A stretch of DNA of 64,000 bases from Gemmatimonadota bacterium (lineage in GTDB: Bacteria; Gemmatimonadota; Gemmatimonadetes; Gemmatimonadales; GWC2-71-9). A program made the position numbers and the translations under genes. This document shows positions 46,924-56,307 of this stretch, in pieces. The stretch's first letter is position 1; each line of letters begins with the position of its first letter. The notes under the pieces are model-generated. The model was given only the letters and a program-made list of their open reading frames with translations. It was not told where the DNA came from and made no database searches. The stretch lies in the NCBI GenBank assembly GCA_039588295.1, contig JBDHAB010000002.1:14766-78765 (forward strand), in the 5' to 3' direction.

Positions 46924-46960
46924 TTATCCCTTCTCCCTTATCCCTTCATCCCTTCATCCC
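46924..46960. repeat. Degenerate 7/8-mer tandem repeat
   Basis: TTATCCC TTCTCCC TTATCCC TTCATCCC TTCATCCC between nupC and punA. Confidence 0.85.
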
Positions 46961-48343
46961 TCACACCAACATTCCGGCCAGACTCGCCGACATGAACGCC
47001 GCAAGGTTACCACCGATCATGGCGCGGAGACCCAGTCTGGAGAGGTCGCCACGGCGGACCGGGGCGATCCCACCGATGCCCCCGATCTGAATCGCAATCG
47101 ACGAGAAATTCGCGAAGCCGAGCAAGGCATACGTTGCGATAATCGCTCCGCGAGGAGTCAAGCCGACTCCGCCCTCGAGTGTGCCGGCGAGTTGCAGATA
47201 CGCCACGAATTCGTTGACGGCGGCTTTGACACCGATCAGCGACCCCACGGTGCCCGCATCCGCCCATGGCACGCCCATGAGCCACGCCAGCGGCGCGAGC
47301 ACCCACCCGAAGATTCGCTCGAGCGAAAGTTCCGCGACGCCCGCCAACCCGCCGGCCGCGCCGATGCCGTAGTCGATCAAGTGGATCAGCGCGATGAAGG
47401 CGAGCAGCATCGCCCCGACGTTGAGCGCGAGCTGGAGCCCTTGGGCGGCGCCGCCGGCCGCGGCATCGATGACGTTGGCCTCCGTCTTCTCGATCTGGAG
47501 CTTGACCCCGCCCTTGGTCACCGGCTCGCCGAGTTCCGGAACGAGGATCTTGGAGATGAGCAGCGCGGCCGGAGCGTTCATCACACTCGCGGTGAGGAGG
47601 TGTCCCGCGATGTCCGGGAAGTACGGCGAGAGCATGCCCACGTAGGCGGCCATGACGCCACCCGCGATGGTCGCGAACCCGCCGACCATCACCGTGTTCA
47701 GCTCCGAGCCGGTCATGCGCTCGACGAACGGCTTGATGAGGAGCGGCGATTCCGTCTGCCCCACGAAGATGTTACCCGCGACGGAGAGTGTTTCGGCGCC
47801 AGACGTCCCCATAGTCCGCTGCATCACCCACGCGATCCCACGCACGATCCACTGCATGATGCCCAGGTAGTACAGCACCGACATGAGCGACGAGAAGAAG
47901 ATGATGGTCGGAAGCACCAGGAACGCGAACGACGCTCCGGTATTCGCCCACAGCTCCACGGCCTCGAGCGGGGCGCTCTCCGGTGGCACCCGTGTCGCCA
48001 TACCCACCGGCACGTTGTTGTAGACGAGGTTCCCGAAGATGAACGCGGCCCCGTCACGGGTGAAGCCGAGGAGCGTGATGAACACCCGGTTCGCACCCGT
48101 GAACAGCGCCTGCCCGACTCCGGTCTTCAACACCAGGAATCCGAAGGTCGCCTGGAGCGCGATCCCCATCCCAACCAACCGCCAGTTGACCTTCCTCCGG
48201 TTCGTCGAAATGAGCCACGCGATCAGGATCATCGTTCCCATGCCGACGATGCCCATCAGGCGTGCGAGGAACGGCGTATCGAGTCCCTCGCGAGCCTGCG
48301 CCAGTTGGTCGGCGGCGGTCTGCAAGACCCACAACGCGCTCAT
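46961..48343 (-). CDS. nupC: CNT/NupC family Na+-nucleoside transporter
   Basis: FAF.VLPTIIFFS, SGAE, IFVGQTESPL, GFATIAG, NEFVAY, YAL.GFANFSSIAIQIGG. Confidence 0.95.
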   Translation of the reverse strand: MSALWVLQTAADQLAQAREGLDTPFLARLMGIVGMGTMILIAWLISTNRRKVNWRLVGMGIALQATFGFLVLKTGVGQALFTGANRVFITLLGFTRDGAAFIFGNLVYNNVPVGMATRVPPESAPLEAVELWANTGASFAFLVLPTIIFFSSLMSVLYYLGIMQWIVRGIAWVMQRTMGTSGAETLSVAGNIFVGQTESPLLIKPFVERMTGSELNTVMVGGFATIAGGVMAAYVGMLSPYFPDIAGHLLTASVMNAPAALLISKILVPELGEPVTKGGVKLQIEKTEANVIDAAAGGAAQGLQLALNVGAMLLAFIALIHLIDYGIGAAGGLAGVAELSLERIFGWVLAPLAWLMGVPWADAGTVGSLIGVKAAVNEFVAYLQLAGTLEGGVGLTPRGAIIATYALLGFANFSSIAIQIGGIGGIAPVRRGDLSRLGLRAMIGGNLAAFMSASLAGMLV

Positions 48344-49365
48344 GCGGCCTCCTTCAACTCACGCTCGATCCGCGCGACGAGTGCAGCCTTCTCGTTCTCA
48401 GGCAGGAACGCGCTCCGGAACGCGTTGAGGATTACGCGTTCGAGCTCCGAGCGGCTGAGTCCGAGCTTACGGTGGGCCACCCAGTATTCCTCGCTCAGCG
48501 TCGTCCGATCCATCAGTCGGCTGTCCGTATTGAGTGTCACGATCCCACCCCGATCCAGATACCGCCGCGCGGGATGCTCGCCGACGTTCACCACGGTGTG
48601 GGTATGCACGTTGGACGTGAGACAGATCTCGAGCGGGATACCGGTCTCGATCACCTCTGCTTCGAGCTCGGGGTCCTCGAACAGCCTCGTCCCATGGCCG
48701 ATCCGTTGCGCGCCGCAGATGTGCAATGCCTGGCGGATCGACTCCGGCCCATCGCCTTCTCCCGCGTGGCACGTACACGAGAGCCCGTGACCGCGCGCGT
48801 GCTCGAACGCCTTGGCGTGATCCACGGCGGGATGCCCACGCTCGGCCCCCGCCAGGTCGAACGCCACCACCCCGTCCTCCGCATAGTCGAGCGCCAACCG
48901 TGCCAGGTCGTGCGACACCGACGGCGGCAATGTCCGCAGCGCCGCGATGATTACCCGGACCATCGTCCCCGTTTCCGCCTCGGCGCGTCGAAATCCGGCG
49001 AGTGGCGCTTCCACCGCCTGGGCCAACGACAGCGCCGGCGTGTGCAGTGCCGGGCAGTAGCGGACCTCGACGTAGCGAATGTTGTCGGCGGCGGCGTCCA
49101 CCACGAACTCGTACGCGATCCGTTCCATTGCCTGCGGGGTTTGCATCACCGAAATCGTGAACTTGTAGCGCTCGAGGTACTCCTCCAGGCTCTGTGCATT
49201 GCGCACGAACACCGCTTCCGCCAGACGCTCCGGCTCGTCGGCTGGAAGCTCGATTCCCTGCTCCCGGGCGATGTCGAGCATGGTCTGCGGGCGCAGGCAG
49301 CCGTCCATGTGCACATGGAGCTCCGCCTTGGGAAGACGACGGATCAGGGCGCGCGTGAGCGTCAT
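48340..49365 (-). CDS. add: Adenosine deaminase
   Basis: LPKAELHVHMDG, FDLAGAE, HAGE, RIGHG, EIC.TSN, LNTD. Confidence 0.95.
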   Translation of the reverse strand: MTLTRALIRRLPKAELHVHMDGCLRPQTMLDIAREQGIELPADEPERLAEAVFVRNAQSLEEYLERYKFTISVMQTPQAMERIAYEFVVDAAADNIRYVEVRYCPALHTPALSLAQAVEAPLAGFRRAEAETGTMVRVIIAALRTLPPSVSHDLARLALDYAEDGVVAFDLAGAERGHPAVDHAKAFEHARGHGLSCTCHAGEGDGPESIRQALHICGAQRIGHGTRLFEDPELEAEVIETGIPLEICLTSNVHTHTVVNVGEHPARRYLDRGGIVTLNTDSRLMDRTTLSEEYWVAHRKLGLSRSELERVILNAFRSAFLPENEKAALVARIERELKEAA

Positions 49366-49711
49366 AGGAGCGCTGCGGAATCGGCGGTCGCCAGCGGCGA
49401 CGCCAGCACGAGGCGGTCGGAAGCGGCGTACGGGCGGTTCATGGAGTCCCGCAATCTGACGGGGTCTTCGGGGTTCCGCAATTGGCGAGGCCCGGTTCCG
49501 GCGTCCCACGCTCTCCCTGCTAGGTCCAGCGTGGGTCGGTTCGGGGTGACGACGATCGAGAGGGGCCACAAAGGAACATGAATCCTTTGATGCCCTCCTC
49601 ATGCCATCGTCTGCGTCGTCGCTCAAGCGACGTGCTTGCCGCCGCTACTGGCCAGCCAACTGATGCGTCCATGCGCTCCCGGCGGAATCCGTCGTTGGGC
49701 GCTACCTGCTG

Positions 49712-50791
49712 CTAGAAGTGCAGATACGATTGCACTTTTAGTGAAATCTCCGTGTCGCCGGTCGCCGGTGTCCAAATGTCGACGTTGACCGCGAGCTTAT
49801 TGCGACCTGTGAAATACACGACCACGCCGGGCGTGAAGAGCCATCCGTCGTCATCACTCAGGTCGGTGTCGGGATCACCCCAGCTCACCCGGCCCACCGG
49901 CTCGACGTACGAGGCAAACGGATTCTCCGCGACGGACACCTTGTACGTGACGATCCCCTGCGCCGTGAAGAAGTTGCTGGGCCCACTCGCCAACAAGTTT
50001 TGCCAGTTGTCCCCCGCAACAACACCCGCCTTTGCGTGCAGACCTTCGGAGTAGTTGCCGATCTCTACGTCGCCACCGAACGCGACGGCGTACTCGTCAC
50101 CCTGCGCAGGATCGAAGTAGTCATGTACGCCCACGTTCGCCGCGACCTTCACATCGCTCGCGGCCGTAACCTGCACTCGGCCCGTGTAGGACTTCGTGCC
50201 GTTCTCGTCGGCCGTGTTCGCGCCGGTTCCGTTGGTCGCTGAGGCAGCATACGAGAACCGCCCCGATGGGTCCCGGCCGTCGACCTTGATCCCGATGTCG
50301 CGGTCGGCGAACTGCAGCTTCTCGGTGAACCGGCTGAACGAGCACACGCCGCCGGGCCCTGCACATGCGCTCACACCGCGGACGCCCCCGGCACGCTCGA
50401 TCACGAGGATCTGAGTCGAGCTCGTGAGCTCGAAGACGTCGAACGGACGCTTGAACTGACCGATCGTGGCCCGAAAGGTCGGACTGAAGTTGAGCCGTAC
50501 GTATGCATCCTTGAGCGAAATCTCTCCTTCGCCGAAGTCCGGCTGGATCTTGCCGCTCACGAAGTCGTTGACCTTGATCTCCGCCGTGAGACGGGCGCGG
50601 CGAACGAGGTATTCGGACGACGGTTCGCCGGCCACCGACGTGCTGTTGAACTGTGCATGGAGGCGGCCGGTCAAGGTGATCTCCATCGCTTTCGAGTGGA
50701 TCTCCACCTGACCCGTCGCCGGACGGGCACTTGCCATTACCATCAACACGCTCCCCCCCACAAGGACAGAGCGGCACACCACGCTTCGCAT
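49712..50791 (-). CDS. Outer-membrane porin (OprO/OprP-like)
   Basis: Signal peptide; RRARL, LKDAY, IGQFKRPF, RDIG, NGTG; terminal Phe. Confidence 0.85.
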   Translation of the reverse strand: MRSVVCRSVLVGGSVLMVMASARPATGQVEIHSKAMEITLTGRLHAQFNSTSVAGEPSSEYLVRRARLTAEIKVNDFVSGKIQPDFGEGEISLKDAYVRLNFSPTFRATIGQFKRPFDVFELTSSTQILVIERAGGVRGVSACAGPGGVCSFSRFTEKLQFADRDIGIKVDGRDPSGRFSYAASATNGTGANTADENGTKSYTGRVQVTAASDVKVAANVGVHDYFDPAQGDEYAVAFGGDVEIGNYSEGLHAKAGVVAGDNWQNLLASGPSNFFTAQGIVTYKVSVAENPFASYVEPVGRVSWGDPDTDLSDDDGWLFTPGVVVYFTGRNKLAVNVDIWTPATGDTEISLKVQSYLHF

Positions 50792-50996
50792 TCGTCATCC
50801 CCCTAGGTGTTTTCGGTTGCCGTACGCCGTTGTCGCCTGAGCGAGGATCTTGGGACAGGTCATGACGGCTGAGTCGGCACCTTCGAGCTCGGCGGTGATC
50901 TGTAAACGTATCCGACGCTCGTGAAGCTACTAGGCCACGCGCTTCGGCTCGCTGGTCGAGACGGACGGACCGTTCGCGGTCGCGAGCACTACGCTG

Positions 50997-51782
50997 CTAC
51001 TGCCAGCGATCGCCGCTGAAATCCCGGAATACGACCCGTGGGCGGCGCAGGATTCGCCGGTGCGCCTCCACCAGCTCCTCCTGCGCAAACACCTTGATGA
51101 GCGCCGCGCCGGCGACAAACCCACCGAGATGGGCCATGAACGCCACCCCGCCACCCGAGCCCCCACCGCCCACCATCGGCACACTCCCCAAGAGCTGCAG
51201 CAACCCCCAGTAGGCAAGCATGAAGTACGCGGGCACCGCCACCGTCGTGACGAAGAAGCCCAAGAACACCAGGAGATGCACCCGGACCTTGGGATAGAGA
51301 ATCAGATAGGCCCCCATGACGCCGCTGATGGCCCCGGACGCCCCGACCATGGGCACGGCGGAGCTGGGGCTCACCATCACCTGTGCCGCGGCTGCCAGGA
51401 CGCCACAGACGACGTAGAAGAGGAGGAAGCGACCCCGTCCCATCGAGTCTTCCACGTTGTTTCCGAAGATCCACAGGAACCACATGTTGCCGATGAGATG
51501 GAGCCAGCCTCCGTGGAGAAACATCGAGCTCAGGACCGTATGCCAGTTTCCCCCGGCGTCCAGCCGACAGCCCACCCCGGCACCGACAGGAATCGTCGTC
51601 CCCGAGGACACCCGACCCATGACCTCCCCGGGGATGAGGCCCAGCTCGCACACCGACCGCGCCAACGATGCGGGCGCGCCGGCACCTTGCACGGCCACCC
51701 ACACCAAACTCGTCACGACGATCAGCACGATCGTGATGACCGGCGTGCGCAGGGTTGGATTGTCATCCTTATAGGGAAACAT
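50997..51782 (-). CDS. Rhomboid family intramembrane serine protease
   Basis: SMFLHGG..HL.GNM, FG.NVED, VGASGAISG, VA..AHLGGF. Confidence 0.95.
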   Translation of the reverse strand: MFPYKDDNPTLRTPVITIVLIVVTSLVWVAVQGAGAPASLARSVCELGLIPGEVMGRVSSGTTIPVGAGVGCRLDAGGNWHTVLSSMFLHGGWLHLIGNMWFLWIFGNNVEDSMGRGRFLLFYVVCGVLAAAAQVMVSPSSAVPMVGASGAISGVMGAYLILYPKVRVHLLVFLGFFVTTVAVPAYFMLAYWGLLQLLGSVPMVGGGGSGGGVAFMAHLGGFVAGAALIKVFAQEELVEAHRRILRRPRVVFRDFSGDRWQ

Positions 51783-51875
51783 CGCAATCCGTCACAGACT
51801 CTGTAACCTCAAACCCCACAACGACATACAAGATGACACCGGCCGCCTATGCGTCTGCCGTTTTGGCGCATATCG

Positions 51876-51892
51876 CTGGTATGGGCCTTGCG
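51876..51892 (+). promoter_or_regulatory. Putative sigma54 promoter of dnaK
   Basis: CTGGTAT-GGGCC-TTGCG, GG(51878)-N10-GC(51890). Confidence 0.55.
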
Positions 51893-51948
51893 CAAGCGAC
51901 CATCGGCACGGCGTACGTATCTAAACTCCTACGACGAGGAAAGGTCCG

Positions 51949-53868
51949 ATGGCTGAAAAGGTAATCGGGATCGACTTGGGCACCACAAATTCGGTGGTCG
52001 CGGTCATGGAGGGTGGTGACCCGGTCGTGATCCCCAACTCAGAAGGCGGTCGCACGACCCCGTCCGTCGTGGCGTTCACGAAGGACGGTGAGCGCCTCGT
52101 CGGGCAGGTCGCAAAGCGACAGGCCATCACCAACCCGAAGAACACGGTCTTTTCGATCAAGCGGTTCATGGGCCGGCGGATCGGCGAAGTCTCCAGCGAG
52201 ATGAGAGAGGTCCCGTACAAGGTCGTCGCGGCCCAGAACGATCTCGCCGCTGTGGAGGTCCAGGACAAGCGCTACACGCCGCCTGAGATCTCCGCGATGA
52301 TCCTGCAGAAGATGCGCCAGACCGCGGAGGACTACCTCGGGCATTCGGTCCAGAAGGCCGTCGTGACGGTCCCGGCGTACTTCAACGACTCTCAACGCCA
52401 GGCCACCAAGGACGCCGGTAAGATCGCGGGTCTCGACGTCTTGCGGATCATCAACGAGCCGACCGCCGCCGCACTGGCGTACGGCCTGGACAAGAAGCAG
52501 GAAGAGAAGATCGCGGTCTTCGACCTCGGTGGTGGAACGTACGACATCTCCGTTCTCGAGCTGGCCGAAGGCGTCTTCGAGGTGAAGGCCACCAATGGTG
52601 ACACGCACCTTGGCGGGGACGACTTCGATCAGCGGGTGATCGAGTGGCTGGTCGAAGAGTTCAAGAAGGACCAAGGCATCGATCTCTCCAAAGACGCCAT
52701 GGCGTTGCAGCGGCTCAAGGAGGCCGCGGAGAAAGCCAAGATGGAGCTGTCCAGCCGGGCGCAGACCGACATCAACCTGCCGTTCATCACGGCGGACCAG
52801 TCCGGTCCGAAGCATTTCAACCTGACACTGACCCGGGCCAAGTTCGAGCAGTTGGTGGACGATCTCTTCCAGCGGACCATCGCACCGATGCAGAAGGCGC
52901 TGGCGGATGCCAATCTGAAGCCCGGTGACATCGACGAGGTCATCCTGGTTGGTGGCTCGACCCGAATTCCCAAGGTGCAGGACATCGTCAAGGACTTCTT
53001 TGGCAAGGACCCGCACAAGGGTGTGAACCCCGACGAGGTTGTCGGTATCGGCGCGGCCATTCAGGGTGGTGTGTTGGCGGGGGAGGTGAAGGACGTCCTC
53101 CTGCTCGACGTCACCCCGTTGTCGTTGGGGATCGAGACGCTGGGCGGCGTCACGACCGTTCTCATTCAGCGGAACACGACGATCCCGACGAAGAAGTCCG
53201 AGATCTTCTCGACGGCCGAGGACAACCAGACCACGGTCGAGATCCACGTGCTCCAGGGCGAGCGGCAGATGGCGATCGACAACCGCACGATCGGCCGCTT
53301 CCAGTTGACGGGCATCCCACCCGCGCCGCGTGGCATTCCGCAGGTCGAGGTCACGTTCGACATCGACGCGAACGGCATCCTTCACGTGTCGGCCAAGGAC
53401 AAGGCCACCGGGAAGGAGCAGAAGATCCGCATCGAAGCCTCGAGCGGACTGTCCGACTCCGAGATCGATCGGATGGTCGGAGACGCGGAGCAACATGCGT
53501 CCGACGACAAGGCACGCCGCGAGGAGATCGACAACCGCAACCGGCTCGACTCGATGGTCTACCAGATCGAGAAGGAGTCGAAGGACTGGGTCGATCGGCT
53601 CGATCAGTCCAACAAAGACCGGCTCGACAGCGCGATTGAGAAGGCAAAGCAGGCGCTGCGCTCCGGTGCCGCGGACGACATCAAGACGGCTCTCGAGGAA
53701 CTGAATCAGGCGTACTCGGCCGCCGGTGCCTCGTTGTACCAGGCCGCACAGGCCCAGGAGCAGTCGGAGCCCACGGCCGAGGCGGCGGAAGGCGAAGCGG
53801 CATCCGCCGAGGGTCAGGAAGAGGTCGTTGAGGCCGACTACGAGATCGTCGACGACTCGAAATCGTAG
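51949..53868 (+). CDS. dnaK: Chaperone DnaK
   Basis: [50 protein letters not shown]. Confidence 0.99.
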   Translation: MAEKVIGIDLGTTNSVVAVMEGGDPVVIPNSEGGRTTPSVVAFTKDGERLVGQVAKRQAITNPKNTVFSIKRFMGRRIGEVSSEMREVPYKVVAAQNDLAAVEVQDKRYTPPEISAMILQKMRQTAEDYLGHSVQKAVVTVPAYFNDSQRQATKDAGKIAGLDVLRIINEPTAAALAYGLDKKQEEKIAVFDLGGGTYDISVLELAEGVFEVKATNGDTHLGGDDFDQRVIEWLVEEFKKDQGIDLSKDAMALQRLKEAAEKAKMELSSRAQTDINLPFITADQSGPKHFNLTLTRAKFEQLVDDLFQRTIAPMQKALADANLKPGDIDEVILVGGSTRIPKVQDIVKDFFGKDPHKGVNPDEVVGIGAAIQGGVLAGEVKDVLLLDVTPLSLGIETLGGVTTVLIQRNTTIPTKKSEIFSTAEDNQTTVEIHVLQGERQMAIDNRTIGRFQLTGIPPAPRGIPQVEVTFDIDANGILHVSAKDKATGKEQKIRIEASSGLSDSEIDRMVGDAEQHASDDKARREEIDNRNRLDSMVYQIEKESKDWVDRLDQSNKDRLDSAIEKAKQALRSGAADDIKTALEELNQAYSAAGASLYQAAQAQEQSEPTAEAAEGEAASAEGQEEVVEADYEIVDDSKS

Positions 53869-53892
53869 CGGCGCGCATCAACGAGGCAGGCG

Positions 53893-53924
53893 AACGGGGG
53901 GCGTGGAAACACGTGCCCCCGTCC
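53893..53924 (+). terminator. Hairpin after dnaK
   Basis: ACGGGGG.CGTG/CACG.CCCCCGT stem; no U-tract. Confidence 0.4.
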
Positions 53925-53992
53925 GGGGTTACAGGTAAGGCAGCGGTTCAGTTCTCTGTGCAACAGATCGAAGACGAGGTAAAGAAAGCGAC

Positions 53993-55567
53993 ATGTCCCG
54001 TACCCGAGAGTGGGTCAAGTTCGGAACGCTGGTCGGCGTCACGCTCGCGCTCGCCGTCGCGTTCATTGTTGTCATCGATGTGCCCGAACGGTCGCTGGCC
54101 CAGCAGCCGGCGGCCCAGGTGTTGCGAACTCGGCCTGCACCCGTGCAGCCCGCACAGCCGGTCGTGGACCTGGGTGGCGCCTTTGTAGCGGTCGCCGAAG
54201 CCGTCAGGCCAGCGGTCGTGTACATCAGAGCCGAGCGTCGCGTCGAGGAACGTTCGTCGCGGCAGCGCCAGGAGGTGCCTTCGCCGTTCGACCGGTTCTT
54301 CGACTTTCCGAATCGCGAAGACATTCAGCCGCAACCGCCGCGCGGGCAGGGCAGCGGTTTCATCATTTCGCCCGACGGCTACGTCATGACCAACAACCAC
54401 GTCGTGGAGGGCTTCGACCGTTTGACGGTGCGGCTCTTCGATCGACGCGAGTTCACGGCCCGGGTGGTGGGCCGCGATCCGCTCACGGACATCGCCGTCA
54501 TCAAGATCGACGCGGAAGATCTGCCTGCGATGGCGTTGGGTAACTCCGACGCGGTCCAGGTGGGTGAGTGGGTGCTCGCAATCGGCAGTCCGCTTGGCGA
54601 GGACTTCCCGTTCACCGTGACCGCCGGCATCGTGAGCGGGCGGGGTCGACGGCTGCAGCTCAACAGCTCCCCCTTGGCGATCTCGGACTTCATTCAGACC
54701 GACGCGGCCATCAACCCGGGCAACTCGGGCGGCCCGCTCGTCAACGCGAGCGGTCAGGTGATCGGCGTCAACTCGGCCATCGCGAGCCGCACCGGCGTGT
54801 ACGCCGGATACAGCTTTGCGATTCCGATCAATCTCGCGCGGACCGTCGGTGAGCAGATCATCGAGGACGGGACGGTAACGCGTGCCGCGCTCGGTGTGGA
54901 GGTAAGAGACGCCGGGCCGGAGGACGCAGAGTACGTGGGACTGGATGAAGTGCGCGGCGTGGTGGTGAGCGGCATTCCAAACGACGACAGTCCGGCGAAG
55001 CGCGCCGGCATTGAGCCTGGTGACGTCATCATCGAAGTCGATGGAGAACGCGCGGACTACACCGCGCAATTACAGCAGATTGTGGGCTTCAAGCGGCCGG
55101 GCGATCAGGCCCGCGTCACGGTCATGCGGCGGGGTGCCGAGCGGCGCACGTTCACCGTGCGGCTCATGGCCGCCGGGAATGCCGAACAGCCACGTGTTGC
55201 ACGAGCCGATCGCGACGACGCGCCCGAAGACGTCTCCTACGACGACAAACTCGGTCTCCGGCTGGAAGCGATGAGCGCACGTATGGTGCGTGACGCCCGC
55301 ATCGATTCCGAGAGCCGCGGGCTCATCGTGACGGCCGTCGATCCGAACGGTCCGGCGCGGAACAGGATCTTCCCACCGGTCACCCAACGCGGCTGGCTCG
55401 ATATCATCACGCATGTCAACGGGGAACGTGTGCAAACGGAGGCCGAATTCGACGAGGCCGTGCGAACGGTGCAGCCGAATGAGGTCGTCTCCCTGCGGGT
55501 GTACTCCCTGCGCGGAGAGACCGGACAGTCGAGAATCGTCCGACTCCGTGCAGGAGGCGAGCGCTAA
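53993..55567 (+). CDS. HtrA/DegP (Do) family serine protease with two PDZ domains
   Basis: GSGFII, TNNHVV, DIAV, QTDAAINPGNSGGPL, PDZ regions. Confidence 0.96.
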   Translation: MSRTREWVKFGTLVGVTLALAVAFIVVIDVPERSLAQQPAAQVLRTRPAPVQPAQPVVDLGGAFVAVAEAVRPAVVYIRAERRVEERSSRQRQEVPSPFDRFFDFPNREDIQPQPPRGQGSGFIISPDGYVMTNNHVVEGFDRLTVRLFDRREFTARVVGRDPLTDIAVIKIDAEDLPAMALGNSDAVQVGEWVLAIGSPLGEDFPFTVTAGIVSGRGRRLQLNSSPLAISDFIQTDAAINPGNSGGPLVNASGQVIGVNSAIASRTGVYAGYSFAIPINLARTVGEQIIEDGTVTRAALGVEVRDAGPEDAEYVGLDEVRGVVVSGIPNDDSPAKRAGIEPGDVIIEVDGERADYTAQLQQIVGFKRPGDQARVTVMRRGAERRTFTVRLMAAGNAEQPRVARADRDDAPEDVSYDDKLGLRLEAMSARMVRDARIDSESRGLIVTAVDPNGPARNRIFPPVTQRGWLDIITHVNGERVQTEAEFDEAVRTVQPNEVVSLRVYSLRGETGQSRIVRLRAGGER

Positions 55568-55620
55568 GCGCGTCGCCTCACCATAGCGACCGGAGCGCGA
55601 GCTCCGGCGTGTACATAGAT

Positions 55621-55703
55621 GGAACGGGTGTGCTGGCCGACCGGCCGACGCACCCGTTCCCTTATCCCTTATCCCTTATCCCTTATCCCTTATCCCTTAT
55701 CCC
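55621..55703. repeat. Hairpin plus perfect heptamer tandem repeat (CCCTTAT)6
   Basis: GGAACGGGTG/CACCCGTTCC inverted repeat at 55621-55660; six CCCTTAT units at 55659-55700 plus CCC. Confidence 0.95.
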
Positions 55704-55764
55704 AGTCTATCGCACAACGAGGTCCCACGCGATCTTTGGGGCGGGTACAGACGACACAACTCCG

Positions 55765-56277
55765 ATGAGACAAGCCCGCAGCCTCCTGTATGTCCTCGTT
55801 GTGGTCACCTGGGTGCTCGCACCAACGAACGCGCACGCACAGCAACCGCTGGTGAGCAGCACGCTGTCACGTGGTACCATCGTCAGAATCCACCTCAGAG
55901 ACGGAGAACTGCACCGCGGCCGCCTCGTAGCACCGTTCGCGCCGGACTCCACAGCGCTCCGCTACTGCCCGTACCCTGCCGCACCATGCACGCTGGGCGA
56001 CCCGCGACGCACGACCGTGCCGGCTTTCAACATCATCGGTATCGATCGTCACGCGGGGAGTAATGGAAGCCGCGGAGCGCTGGTGGGGTTCCTCGCAGGA
56101 TTGGGAACGAGCCTCGCCGTTCATCTGGCCGACGGAGAGCTTCCCAATTTCAGCGACCCGATAAGCACCGGACTCACGGTGTCGAGCTCAGGGATAGGAG
56201 CGCTGATCGGACTCATGATCGGAGGAGGTCAACACCGCTGGGTACCGCTCACCCCGAGGGCACCGTCAGACCCGTGA
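55765..56277 (+). CDS. Hypothetical secreted/membrane protein with glycine-zipper-like helices
   Basis: Signal peptide ending AHA-QQ; GALVGFLAG, GALIGLMIG. Confidence 0.7.
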   Translation: MRQARSLLYVLVVVTWVLAPTNAHAQQPLVSSTLSRGTIVRIHLRDGELHRGRLVAPFAPDSTALRYCPYPAAPCTLGDPRRTTVPAFNIIGIDRHAGSNGSRGALVGFLAGLGTSLAVHLADGELPNFSDPISTGLTVSSSGIGALIGLMIGGGQHRWVPLTPRAPSDP

Positions 56278-56307
56278 ACTCGGTCGGCCACAGCGCGCTC
56301 GCCCCTC

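Noticed and set aside
46892-48790. 632-aa plus-strand ORF
   Set aside because: Antisense shadow of nupC/add; Arg/His-rich with no motifs
52039-53496. 485-aa ORF antisense to dnaK
   Set aside because: Well-known shadow ORF on the hsp70 antisense strand, often mislabelled NAD-specific glutamate dehydrogenase; a codon-bias artefact
55659-55703. CRISPR array, or coding PYPLSLI repeats of ORF 55609
   Set aside because: No spacers or cas genes; the signal peptide begins at ATG 55765, so the repeat is non-coding
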